The translations under genes were made by a program, and so were the position numbers. From NCBI GenBank assembly GCA_023430885.1, contig JAEYYH010000006.1, forward strand, positions 5,615 to 69,614: a stretch of 64,000 nucleotides of DNA, written 5' to 3'. The notes under the pieces are model-generated. The model was not told where the DNA came from. It worked only from the letters and a program-made list of their open reading frames with translations, and made no database searches. This document shows, piece by piece, positions 29,481 to 43,253 of this stretch. The stretch comes from Bacillota bacterium. Lineage in GTDB: Bacteria; Bacillota_I; Bacilli_A; RF39; UBA660. How positions within the stretch are numbered: position 1 is the stretch's first letter; each line of letters begins with the position of its first letter.

Positions 29481-31568
29481 ATGAAGAATAAAGGTTTTAC
29501 ATTAATTGAACTACTAGCAGTAGTTATGGTACTGGGGATTATAGCTATTATTGCGGTTCCTTCTATTAACGGTTTACTTGATAAAAGTAAAAAAGACACA
29601 TTGTTTGCAACAGCAAATAATTTAGTAGATACAGCTAAACAGTATTATATGAATAATGTACTTGTGAATGATGGATTAGCTAGCCCTGTATCACTTAGTG
29701 TTACAGATAGTGCTAATATGGATCTACTTGATTATAGTGGCAAATTACCATCAAGTGGCTATATATTAGTGGATACTTCTGGTAATATAGGTATAGCCGT
29801 ATCACAGGGTGATTACTGCGCAACAAAAGAGTTGTGGAATGATGAAGTGGTTGTTTCATCTCGTTCTAACTGTGAAATAACAAGTGTAGAAAAACTGGAA
29901 GAAATCAATAATTCTTGCTTTATATTAAATGATGAGAAAAATACTATAGTTGATTATAAAATAACTGATACTAATTGTCCTAAGGATATAGTTATTCCGG
30001 CTGAAATAGGTGGTCATGAAATTGTCGCTATCGGTGATGGTGCTTTTGCAGGAAATGGTCAACTAGCTGGATTATACGCTAAAGATTTAGACTCAGAACC
30101 TTATTTTGACATAGTTGAAAACGCATCATTTTATAAATATGGCCCTTTTGAAATGTTGGTTATTAATCCTGATATTATAACTACAAAAAGATGCTATTTT
30201 AAATATTCACCAGGTTACGATACTGTTCCATTAGATTATGTGTTAACTTCTAGTGATCCATATTCAGGATGTAATATAAGAGGCGCATTTATGGCGGCAG
30301 TCACTGATGATGCACCTGTAAATATTAATAATAATGTTACTCTAGCTGGAGCAGGAAATGGTCTTAATAACACTATGTCTCTTCTTCCAAACCAAAATAC
30401 AAACAATGACATAGGTATGCAGCAAATAGCTATGATTGAGAATCCAATGGTTCAATCTTATGGTATAACAAGTGTTAATTTTAGTTTAGCAACTAATTTA
30501 ACTTCAATAGGGACAGGAGCATTCTTAAGAAATAATTTAACATCTATTACATTTTCAAGTAATAATGCAAATATTTCTAATATAGGAGCAGGAGCTTTTT
30601 CTAGTAATAGGATAACGGGGACATTAGATTTAAGTGATTTGTCTAGCTTGAAAAATATATTGCCTCAAACTTTTAGTGGAAATATCATAACAAATGTAAT
30701 TTTTCCTTTAGGATTAGAAAATATCGGTGATTTTGCATTTTCTGAAAATAGTATGACATCTTTATCATTACCAACTTCAATAAGAACAATTGGTCTAGTA
30801 GCTTTTGAAGAAAATAATCTAGAGAGTTTAGACTTTTCAACTTTACCAAACTTAACATCCATTAGCGATTATGCATTTGGTGAAAATGCATTAACAACAG
30901 TTAAATTACCTAGTTCACTTACTACAATAGGCGAAGAGACTTTTGGTGATAATTTATCTTTATCAACAATTTCTATTGAAAATGAATATAACGCTATAGC
31001 TGGTGCACCTTGGGGAGCTTCTTCTGCTACAGTTGTTTGGACATTAGCATCAAAATACAGTATATCTTATAGTGGAAGTGAAGCTACAATAGGAAATAGT
31101 TGTTTGAGTGATGGTAATTATTTTGAGCACTGCATTGTCAACTTAAATTCAGTAGATAATAGTAAAACAATTGCTGGTTTTAAATTAAATGGAGCGACAG
31201 TTTATGGAAACACATTTGAAATGCCTGGATATAATGTAACAATCACGGATATTATTTTGACAGATTATGTTATATTGGAAAGTAGTCATCCATATTCCGA
31301 CAGTATGGATCAAACTTATACAGCGACAATACCTGAAGCGACAAAAATAAGGGTTGAATTTAGCGCTGATGTATCGTTAGAAAGTGATTATGATTACATA
31401 TATATTACAGATGCACTAGGAAATCAAGTAGGAGATTCCAGCTATACAGGTACAACATTAGCTAATCAAATATTTACTATAGATGGTAATGTTGTAAATA
31501 TTAGATTAACTACAGACGGCTCGGTTACCGAATATGGTTTCTTAGCTAAAGTAGTTATTGCAGAATAA
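29481..31568 (+). CDS. Large prepilin-type protein with BspA-type LRRs and a C-terminal CUB-like domain
   Basis: Leader MKNKG|FTLIELLAV follows a GGAGG RBS. The middle has repeated ~23-aa (ns)Lt(st)(iv)x(il)Pxs(il)xxIGxxAFxxN units. The last ~190 aa are homologous to the C-terminus of the 55978 gene. Confidence 0.8.
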   Translation: MKNKGFTLIELLAVVMVLGIIAIIAVPSINGLLDKSKKDTLFATANNLVDTAKQYYMNNVLVNDGLASPVSLSVTDSANMDLLDYSGKLPSSGYILVDTSGNIGIAVSQGDYCATKELWNDEVVVSSRSNCEITSVEKLEEINNSCFILNDEKNTIVDYKITDTNCPKDIVIPAEIGGHEIVAIGDGAFAGNGQLAGLYAKDLDSEPYFDIVENASFYKYGPFEMLVINPDIITTKRCYFKYSPGYDTVPLDYVLTSSDPYSGCNIRGAFMAAVTDDAPVNINNNVTLAGAGNGLNNTMSLLPNQNTNNDIGMQQIAMIENPMVQSYGITSVNFSLATNLTSIGTGAFLRNNLTSITFSSNNANISNIGAGAFSSNRITGTLDLSDLSSLKNILPQTFSGNIITNVIFPLGLENIGDFAFSENSMTSLSLPTSIRTIGLVAFEENNLESLDFSTLPNLTSISDYAFGENALTTVKLPSSLTTIGEETFGDNLSLSTISIENEYNAIAGAPWGASSATVVWTLASKYSISYSGSEATIGNSCLSDGNYFEHCIVNLNSVDNSKTIAGFKLNGATVYGNTFEMPGYNVTITDIILTDYVILESSHPYSDSMDQTYTATIPEATKIRVEFSADVSLESDYDYIYITDALGNQVGDSSYTGTTLANQIFTIDGNVVNIRLTTDGSVTEYGFLAKVVIAE

Positions 31569-31619
31569 AATATACTAAAAAAAATATAATATGATATAAT
31601 TTATTTAGGAGGATGATTT

Positions 31620-32381
31620 ATGGAAGGTTATTTAATTATTTTTATAGTTTTAGTAGGGTTGTTGTTACTAGGCTCTATTAAACAAATTAATGAGTATGAG
31701 AGAGGGTTATTATTCTCATTTGGTAAGTTTACTAAAATTCTAAATCCAGGATGGGTTATAGTTATTCCTGTATTCCAATTTTATAAGAAAGTTGATATAA
31801 GAACTAAAGCAGTAGACGTTCCAGAACAGGAAGCGATTACTAAGGACAATGTGTCAATTAAGATTAATGCTGTTATTTATTACAAAGTATTTGATGCATC
31901 AAAAGCTATTTGTGAAGTAGAAGATTTCTATTATGCAGTAGGTCAACTCGCACAAACAACAATGCGTAATGTTGTAGGATCTGTAACACTTGATGAATTA
32001 CTTTCAGAAAGGGAAACTATATCTGCAGAAATCTGTAAAGTTATCGATTTAGCTACTGATCCATGGGGAGTTAAAGTAGAAAATGTTGAACTTAAAGATG
32101 TATCTCTACCAGAAGAAATGAAGAGAGTTATTGCCAAAGTGGCAGAAGCTGAACGTGAAAAAGCAGCAGTTATTACTAAAGCAGCTGGTGAAGTTGAAGC
32201 AGCAGCAAATTTAAGTAAAGCAGCAAACATGATGGGCAGTACTCCAGGTGCATTACATCTAAGAACTTTAGCAACTTTAAATGATTTAAGTTCAGATCAA
32301 TCTAATACAGTTATATTTGCTCTTCCAATCGAGGTATTACGTGCAGTAGATGGATTTGCTCAAAATAAAAAAGAAAAATAA
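31620..32381 (+). CDS. SPFH/band-7 (stomatin/slipin-like) membrane protein
   Basis: An N-terminal TM helix is followed by an SPFH core and a C-terminal Ala/Glu-rich coiled coil. Confidence 0.85.
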   Translation: MEGYLIIFIVLVGLLLLGSIKQINEYERGLLFSFGKFTKILNPGWVIVIPVFQFYKKVDIRTKAVDVPEQEAITKDNVSIKINAVIYYKVFDASKAICEVEDFYYAVGQLAQTTMRNVVGSVTLDELLSERETISAEICKVIDLATDPWGVKVENVELKDVSLPEEMKRVIAKVAEAEREKAAVITKAAGEVEAAANLSKAANMMGSTPGALHLRTLATLNDLSSDQSNTVIFALPIEVLRAVDGFAQNKKEK

Positions 32382-32405
32382 TATAAGTGGTAATATATAG
32401 TGTGT

Positions 32406-32434
32406 ATTGACAAATAAAGTAATTTAACTTATAA
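32406..32434 (+). promoter_or_regulatory. Sigma-A promoter (TTGACA-17-TATAAT) driving the T-box leader
   Basis: TTGACA at 32406-32411, a 17-nt spacer, and TATAAT at 32429-32434. Confidence 0.6.
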
Positions 32435-32439
32435 TTATA

Positions 32440-32668
32440 TGCAACCTGCGACGAACAAGAGGAGTATATAATATATTTATTAAAGAGAGTTAGTATTTGG
32501 TGTAAACTAGCATAAATTATTATAGAAGGTAGCTTGCAAGCATATTATCTAAGTAAATAGGATAGTACGTACGATATGCGTTAAATATATGAGATATACT
32601 GTAATTTTTATAGTATAAGTAAGGTGGTACCACGTAAATCACGTCCTTATATAGGATGTGATTTTTTT
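32440..32668 (+). ncRNA. T-box riboswitch leader upstream of the HD gene and valS
   Basis: Contains AGAGA followed by GUUA, a possible Val GUU specifier. The T-box motif AAGGUGGUACCACG lies at 32621-32634. A terminator hairpin aatcacgtcc/ggatgtgatt plus U7 immediately precedes the RBS. Confidence 0.65.
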
Positions 32669-32687
32669 GTTTATAAGGAGAATGATT

Positions 32688-33405
32688 ATGTTAGAAGCTT
32701 TTGAAGAATATACTAATAATTATGATATGAATGATGTAAATATAAAATTAAAATATGATCATTCTTATAGAGTTATGAATTTATCTAGAAAATATGCTAC
32801 ATTACTAGGATTTAGCAAAGATGACATAGAACTAGCCACTTTAATTGGACTTCTTCATGATATAGGTAGGTTTGAGCAATTACGAGTCTATCATAGTTAT
32901 AATGATAGAAAAACTATCGATCATGCTGATTATAGTGTTACGCAGTTGTTTGATAAAAATGAAATAGAAAGATTTACTAAAAATAAAGAAGATTATGAAA
33001 TAATAAAATTTGCTATACAGAATCATAATAAATATATGTTACCTGAAATAGATGATGAAAGAGCAATTATGCATGCAAAATTAATTAGAGATACTGATAA
33101 GATTGATATTTTATATTTACTTGGTGTGTTAAAGGAACTAAATCAAAAAGCTGATGATACACCATTATCAAAAGAAATTATTGATTGCATAAGAAATTGT
33201 GAAACTGTTAATAGAAAATATGCTGTTAGTAAAAATGATTGTATAGCAATACAGTTTGCATTTGCATTTGATATATATAACGATATATGTCTAGAAGAAA
33301 TAAAAACAAATATTAAATATTTTTATGAACAAATAGGTAAAGAAGAAATATTTAAAGAAATATATGAAATTATAAATAATTATATAGACGAAAGGATTGG
33401 TAATA

Positions 33406-33425
<20 letters not shown>
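32688..33425 (+). CDS. HD-domain phosphohydrolase
   Basis: The HD motif [13 protein letters not shown] is present. Start taken at MLEAFEE after an AAGGAG RBS. It is co-transcribed with valS. Confidence 0.6.
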
Positions 33426-35955
<2,530 letters not shown>

Positions 35956-35959
35956 AAAA

Positions 35960-35992
35960 AAAAGATACAAAATAATAATGTATCTTTTTTGG
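35960..35992 (+). terminator. Rho-independent terminator after valS
   Basis: agataca...tgtatct followed by T6. Confidence 0.6.
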
Positions 35993-36013
35993 TGTAAACT
36001 GAATAGATAAATA

Positions 36014-36042
36014 TTGACTAACTATTTCTAATTTGTTATACT
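36014..36042 (+). promoter_or_regulatory. Sigma-A promoter (TTGACT-17-TATACT) for the small pilin gene
   Basis: TTGACT at 36014-36019, a 17-nt spacer, and TATACT at 36037-36042. A strong AGGAGGAGG RBS follows. Confidence 0.55.
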
Positions 36043-36071
36043 AATATTGTAAGAATAGGAGGAGGAATACA

Positions 36072-36530
36072 ATGAAGAAAAATGGGTTTACATTGATCGA
36101 ATTATTAGCAGTTATCTTAATTTTAGGTATCATCGCATTAATAGCTATACCAACAGTTAATAATATTATTCAACAATCTAGATTAGGTGCTTGGGAAACT
36201 ACAGGAAATAACATGACTGATAGTGCTGAAGCATACTACCAAATGTGTGAAATCAGAGATGGTAAAGAAGCAGATGGAACTACTGATTGTAACTTAACTG
36301 GATTAGCTGCTTTAGATGAAGCTGCATTAAAGAGTAGACTTAACATCAAAGGAGATATCCCATCTGGTGCTGAAATAGCTTATTTCGGATTTACTACTGC
36401 AGGAGATGCTGTATTAAGTTTTAATACTGGAAGTTTCAGTTGTTCTAATGGTACACAAGGTGGAACATCACCAGATTTTACTTACACATTGACTGCTGGC
36501 GATGGCGCAATGGTTTGTACAAAATCTTAA
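36072..36530 (+). CDS. Type IV pilin (candidate major pilin)
   Basis: Leader MKKNG|FTLIELLAV. The size (152 aa), a C-terminal Cys pair (CSNG...MVCTKS, a D-region-like disulfide loop), and a consensus promoter plus strong RBS all fit a major pilin. Confidence 0.8.
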   Translation: MKKNGFTLIELLAVILILGIIALIAIPTVNNIIQQSRLGAWETTGNNMTDSAEAYYQMCEIRDGKEADGTTDCNLTGLAALDEAALKSRLNIKGDIPSGAEIAYFGFTTAGDAVLSFNTGSFSCSNGTQGGTSPDFTYTLTAGDGAMVCTKS

Positions 36531-36561
36531 TAGACTGCTAAAATAAACCAAATTTATTTGT

Positions 36562-36592
36562 ATTGGGACTACCAAAAAGGTAGTCTTTTTTT
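36562..36592 (+). terminator. Rho-independent terminator
   Basis: gactacc-aaaaa-ggtagtc followed by T8. Confidence 0.7.
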
Positions 36593-36650
36593 ATTTTAAA
36601 GAAGTATATTATGGGAAAATATGTAAATAGTAAAAATTAGCAATTAAATA

Positions 36651-36679
36651 TTGACAGTGCTAGAAAATGGCGATATAAT
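36651..36679 (+). promoter_or_regulatory. Sigma-A promoter of the hrcA-grpE-dnaK operon (TTGACA-17-TATAAT)
   Basis: TTGACA at 36651-36656, a 17-nt spacer, and TATAAT at 36674-36679. Confidence 0.75.
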
Positions 36680-36682
36680 TAA

Positions 36683-36709
36683 ATAGCAATCGATAAAAAA
36701 GAGTGCTAA
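36683..36709 (+). promoter_or_regulatory. CIRCE operator (HrcA binding site)
   Basis: ATAGCAATC-N9-GAGTGCTAA compared with the consensus TTAGCACTC-N9-GAGTGCTAA. It lies immediately downstream of the -10. Confidence 0.8.
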
Positions 36710-36733
36710 TGCATATAATAAAGAGGTGATGAT

Positions 36734-37723
36734 ATGCTTAATGAGAGACAATCAGAATTACTAAAGTTAATTGTTGAGGACTACATTAAAACAGCAAGAC
36801 CAGTAAGCTCTAATGCACTTTCAGATATTATGAATTGTTCGAGTGCAACTGTTCGTAACGAAATGATGTTTCTAGAAGAAAACAATCTTATAGAAAAAAC
36901 ACATATTTCATCAGGTAGAGTTCCCAGTGAAAAGGGCTATAGATATTATGTTGATAATATAATGAAGCCTAAGGAATTAACTGGTGATGATATGCTTAAA
37001 CTTCAAACTTTATTTCATAATAAGTCATTAATGCTTGATGATTATATTACAAAGAGTGTTGAAATAGTTTCAGAAATGACTAGTTTAACGGCTATTGTAC
37101 TTGGATCATCATCTAGTGAAAATTTAGTAAGTAGAGTGGAAGTAGTGCCTGTTACTGATCACAGTATGGTAGCTATTATTATTACTGATAAGGGGCATGT
37201 TGAACATAAAAATATTCTACTTGCTGAAAAAGTATCAATAGACGACGTTAAGAAAACTGTTGATATAATTAATAAGTTAATAGTAGGTACCCCAATAGAT
37301 GAAGTTAGTTCAAAACTTGAATATGAAGTTAAGCCAGTAATTAGTAAGTATATTAAACAGTCTGAAGCTTTATATAATGCTTTCTATAGCGCATTTAGTG
37401 ATTTCACCAACCAACCATTTGAGGTTAAAGGTAGAAATAACATTTTGATGCAACCAGAATTTAATGATACTGATAAGATAAGAAGTATTGTAAGTAAATT
37501 TGAAGATAAAGATATAGTTAATAGCATTAAAGAAGAAGATGGCGGTATTAATATATATATTGGCAGCGAGAATGAACTATCAAACGATGTAACGATTGTT
37601 AAAACGAAATATAGTGTAAATGGTGAAGAAGGGACTATTGCTTTAATAGGTCCTAAGCGTATGGAATATGATCGTGTTATTTCACTATTAGATTATATTA
37701 TGAAGAATATAAACTGTAAATAA
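36734..37723 (+). CDS. hrcA: Heat-inducible transcription repressor HrcA
   Basis: 329 aa. The N-terminal winged helix and overall HrcA family architecture are present, and grpE-dnaK follow. Confidence 0.85.
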   Translation: MLNERQSELLKLIVEDYIKTARPVSSNALSDIMNCSSATVRNEMMFLEENNLIEKTHISSGRVPSEKGYRYYVDNIMKPKELTGDDMLKLQTLFHNKSLMLDDYITKSVEIVSEMTSLTAIVLGSSSSENLVSRVEVVPVTDHSMVAIIITDKGHVEHKNILLAEKVSIDDVKKTVDIINKLIVGTPIDEVSSKLEYEVKPVISKYIKQSEALYNAFYSAFSDFTNQPFEVKGRNNILMQPEFNDTDKIRSIVSKFEDKDIVNSIKEEDGGINIYIGSENELSNDVTIVKTKYSVNGEEGTIALIGPKRMEYDRVISLLDYIMKNINCK

Positions 37724-37734
37724 ATGGAGGCAGA

Positions 37735-38358
37735 ATGAAAAATAAAGAAAAAGAATGCGATTGCAAAAAAGAATCTGTAGTTGAAAAACAAGATAGTAAT
37801 AGCACTCTAAATGAAGAATGCATATGTGATGAACATTGTGATTGCGGTGAAGAATGTAACTGCGAAAATGAATGCACATGTGATTGTGAAAATGATGAAA
37901 TGCAAACAAAATTAGATGAGGCTCTTAATAAGGCAGCAACATTAGAAGATGCTCTTTTAAGAAGCCGTGCTGATTTTGTTAATTATCGTAAAAGATTAGA
38001 AGATGAACAAGCTAAAAATCTTAAATATTGTAATGAAGATTTAGTTAAAGAACTTCTTCCAGTTATTGATAATTTTGAAAGAGCAATAAAACTTGATAAT
38101 GCAGATTTGACTGATGAGTTATCAAAATTCTTAGAAGGATTTAAGATGATGTATTGCAATCAAGTTGCAATATTAGAAAATTATGGTGTTAAAGCCATAG
38201 ATGGTAACAACAAACTATTTGATTCTACTTATCATCAAGCTATTATGACAGAGCATAGAGATGGTGTAGAACCAGGAATGGTTTTAGAAGTATTACAAAA
38301 AGGATACTTATTAAAAGATAAAGTTATTAGACACGCTATGGTAAAGGTTAGCGAGTAA
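37735..38358 (+). CDS. grpE: Nucleotide exchange factor GrpE with a Cys-rich N-terminal extension
   Basis: The C-terminal ~150 aa are canonical GrpE. The first ~55 aa carry about 14 Cys in CxC/CxxxC arrays. Confidence 0.85.
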   Translation: MKNKEKECDCKKESVVEKQDSNSTLNEECICDEHCDCGEECNCENECTCDCENDEMQTKLDEALNKAATLEDALLRSRADFVNYRKRLEDEQAKNLKYCNEDLVKELLPVIDNFERAIKLDNADLTDELSKFLEGFKMMYCNQVAILENYGVKAIDGNNKLFDSTYHQAIMTEHRDGVEPGMVLEVLQKGYLLKDKVIRHAMVKVSE

Positions 38359-40191
<1,833 letters not shown>

Positions 40192-40252
40192 AATAGATAG
40201 TAGTATGGGGTTCTAATTTTTAGAACCCTATATTACGATAATGGGAGATAAT

Positions 40253-42049
40253 ATGAAAGAAAAACTACGCAGTGAGATTGACGATAAGTACAAATGGGAT
40301 TTGACAGTAATTTATTCATCTGATGAAGAATGGCAAAAAGATTATGAAGAAGTTAAGTCTTTATTACCATCTATACAAAAATACAAAGGTCATCTTATGG
40401 ATAATGCTAAAACATTATTAGATATGACACAGTGTTATTTTAATATTTCCAGAAAACTTGAAAAGGTATATATGTATGCTCATTTAAATTGCGATGCTGA
40501 AACAAGTAATACTAAGTATCAAACTTATGATGGTATGGTTAAAAATCTTTATAAAGATTTAGGAGTAGTAAGTTCTTATATTGAACCAGAACTTTTAAAA
40601 AGTGAGTATTCTAAGGTAGAGGAATATTATAAAGAAATACCTGCTTTACTTGATTATAAAAATTTCTTTATTGAAATATTTAGATATAAAAATCATGTTT
40701 TAACTGATAAAGAAGAAGAAATATTATCTAAATTATCTAATGTTCTTAGTGTAAGCAGTAATACTTATGAAAAACTTACGGATACCGATATGTCTTTAGG
40801 TGTTATTTTAGATGAAAATAATGAAAAAGTAGAACTTACTGACAATAATTATTCTAAATATATATCTAGTAGTGATAGAAGAGTTAGATATGATGCTTTT
40901 AAAACTATGTTTAAGGCTTATGGTAGTGTGAAAAACACTATTTCAAGTACTTTGTATGGTGAAATAAATAGTAATGTAGTAATAGCGAATTTAAAGAAAT
41001 ATGATAGTGCAATAGATGCATCACTATATGCTGATAATGTAACTCTTGATATTTATAATAATTTAATTGATACAGTTAGTAAAAACTTGGATGTTTTATT
41101 TAAATATTATAATTTAAGAAAAGAAGTTCTTGGTGTTAAAGATCTACACTTGTATGATTTGTATGCTGATTTAATAGATAGTGCTGAAAAGAAATATACT
41201 TTTGATGAAGCTAAAGATATTGTGCTTAAAGCATTAAGCCCACTTGGTGATAAATATATCGAAGATGCGTCTAATGCATTTAAACAAAGATGGATTGACA
41301 TATATCCTAATAAGAGCAAATGTAGTGGAGCATACTCTGGTGGTGGATATGATACATATCCATATATACTTTTGAACTTTAATGATAGACTTAATGATGT
41401 ATCAACTCTAGCTCATGAACTAGGTCATTCAATGCATAGTTATTATTCTAGAAAAAACAATTTATATCAAGATAGTGAATACAAAATATTTGTAGCTGAA
41501 GTAGCAAGTACTGTAAATGAATTGTTCCTTTGCAAGTATCTACTTAAAAATGCTGAAGATAAAGATGTAAAATTATCTATATTAAATAGATTAATGGAAT
41601 TATTCAAAGGTACAATCTATCGTCAAACTATGTTTGCAGAGTTTGAAAAAGATATTTATAATATGGTAGAAAATGATGAAATTCTTACATGGGAAAATAT
41701 TAGTAATCATTATTATGACTTAAATAAAAAATATTTCGGCAATGATGTTGTTATTGACGAAGACATAAAATATGAATGGGCTAGAATACCGCATTTCTAT
41801 TATTATTTTTATGTTTATAAATATGCAACAGGACTATCTGCTGCTTGCTATATAGTAGAAAGTATATTAAACGGCAAAGAGGGAGCAAGAGAATCTTATT
41901 TAGAATTCTTGAAAACTGGTGGCAGATATTATCCTCTTGAAGAATTAAAAATAGCTGATGTAGATATGAACGATCCAATAGTAGTAGAAAGTGCAATTAA
42001 GATGTTTAATGATACTATAAATGAATTTTTAGATATCTATAATAGCTAA
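40253..42049 (+). CDS. pepF: Oligoendopeptidase F (M3B metallopeptidase)
   Basis: The HEXXH motif (HELGHSMH) and PepF-like length are present. The gene is inserted between dnaK and dnaJ. Confidence 0.8.
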   Translation: MKEKLRSEIDDKYKWDLTVIYSSDEEWQKDYEEVKSLLPSIQKYKGHLMDNAKTLLDMTQCYFNISRKLEKVYMYAHLNCDAETSNTKYQTYDGMVKNLYKDLGVVSSYIEPELLKSEYSKVEEYYKEIPALLDYKNFFIEIFRYKNHVLTDKEEEILSKLSNVLSVSSNTYEKLTDTDMSLGVILDENNEKVELTDNNYSKYISSSDRRVRYDAFKTMFKAYGSVKNTISSTLYGEINSNVVIANLKKYDSAIDASLYADNVTLDIYNNLIDTVSKNLDVLFKYYNLRKEVLGVKDLHLYDLYADLIDSAEKKYTFDEAKDIVLKALSPLGDKYIEDASNAFKQRWIDIYPNKSKCSGAYSGGGYDTYPYILLNFNDRLNDVSTLAHELGHSMHSYYSRKNNLYQDSEYKIFVAEVASTVNELFLCKYLLKNAEDKDVKLSILNRLMELFKGTIYRQTMFAEFEKDIYNMVENDEILTWENISNHYYDLNKKYFGNDVVIDEDIKYEWARIPHFYYYFYVYKYATGLSAACYIVESILNGKEGARESYLEFLKTGGRYYPLEELKIADVDMNDPIVVESAIKMFNDTINEFLDIYNS

Positions 42050-42062
42050 AAGGTGGTTAAGT

Positions 42063-43172
42063 ATGAATAAAAAAGATTATTATGAGGTTCTTGGCGTAAA
42101 TAAAAGTGCTAGTCAAGATGAAATAAAAAGCGCGTTTAGAAAATTAGCGAAAAAATATCATCCAGATGTTTCTAAAGAACCTAATGCTGCTGAAAAATTC
42201 AAAGAAGCTCAAGAAGCTTATGCAATTTTATCAGATGATCAAAAGAGAAAACAATATGATCAATTTGGTCATGCTGCATTTGAACAAGGCGCTGGTCCTG
42301 GTGGAGCAGGTGGCTATGATTTTAGTGGTTTTGATTTTAATGATATATTTAGTGAATTTTTTGGTGGTGGATTTGGTGGTTTCGGTGGAGCCTCTAACTC
42401 TACTAGAGCAAGAAAAGGTAGAGATTCTATTATGCATATGGATCTTACTTTTGATGAAGCAGTATTCGGATGTACTAAAAAAGTTACAATTGACACTTAT
42501 GAAAAATGTGATGAATGTAGTGGCAAGGGTGGACATGGTGAAAAAACATGTGGCACTTGTCATGGAAGTGGTCAAGTAACATCTGAACAAAGAACCATGT
42601 TTGGAACATATATGACTAAAACAACTTGCCCTAATTGTAAAGGAAAAGGTAAATCATATGAAAGAACATGTTCAAATTGTAAGGGAACAGGTAAAGTAAA
42701 ACAAACAATTACAAAAGAAATAAAAATTCCGGCTGGAGTTAATACAGGTAACCAGCTTCGTATTGCTGGGGCTGGAGAAATGGGATCAAATGGTGGCCCT
42801 AATGGTGATGTGTATATTGAATTCACTGTTAAAGAACATCCATTATATCAAAGAGATGGTGATGATATTTATTTAGAGTTACCACTTACTATTACAGAAG
42901 CAGTACTAGGATGTAAAAAGGAGATACCTACAATTTATGGAAGTGTCAAACTTACTATAGCACCTGGTGCAACTACTGGAGATAGACAAAGATTAAGAGG
43001 AAAAGGTATTAGTGGTGTAAATAGTTTTGGTAAAGGTGATATGTATGTGGTTATTAATGTTGTAATACCAACAAAATTATCAAAAGACCAAAAGAAGCTA
43101 TTTGAACAATTAGCCAAAACTGATTTAGAAGAAGGAAATCAGTTTGATAAATTAAGAAAGTATATAGATTAA
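42063..43172 (+). CDS. dnaJ: Co-chaperone DnaJ
   Basis: The J-domain with HPD, a Gly/Phe-rich linker, and four CxxCxGxG zinc-finger repeats are present. Confidence 0.95.
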   Translation: MNKKDYYEVLGVNKSASQDEIKSAFRKLAKKYHPDVSKEPNAAEKFKEAQEAYAILSDDQKRKQYDQFGHAAFEQGAGPGGAGGYDFSGFDFNDIFSEFFGGGFGGFGGASNSTRARKGRDSIMHMDLTFDEAVFGCTKKVTIDTYEKCDECSGKGGHGEKTCGTCHGSGQVTSEQRTMFGTYMTKTTCPNCKGKGKSYERTCSNCKGTGKVKQTITKEIKIPAGVNTGNQLRIAGAGEMGSNGGPNGDVYIEFTVKEHPLYQRDGDDIYLELPLTITEAVLGCKKEIPTIYGSVKLTIAPGATTGDRQRLRGKGISGVNSFGKGDMYVVINVVIPTKLSKDQKKLFEQLAKTDLEEGNQFDKLRKYID

Positions 43173-43253
43173 CTATATACTTTTTTTGACATTATTTGAC
43201 TTTCTTAATTAAAAAAGATATTATATGTATAGTAAGATAAGTATGGTGATAGT

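Noticed and set aside
32658-32687. Longer start ([11 protein letters not shown]...) for the HD gene, and similarly 33397 for valS, 6227 and 6546 for the SASPs, 47188 for trmB, and 49716 for the ytxH-like gene
   Set aside because: Each extended start would run through a terminator hairpin or lacks an RBS. Internal ATGs with good Shine-Dalgarno spacing give N-termini that match the family consensus.
43186-43253. Additional sigma-A promoters, e.g. TTGACT-17-TATTAT before the 43254 pilin gene and TGnTATAAT extended -10 elements before several genes (12485-12493, 14041-14049, 21372-21380, 58476-58490)
   Set aside because: They are probably genuine but are generic. They are not listed individually as features because AT-rich sequence gives many TATAAT-like hits by chance.
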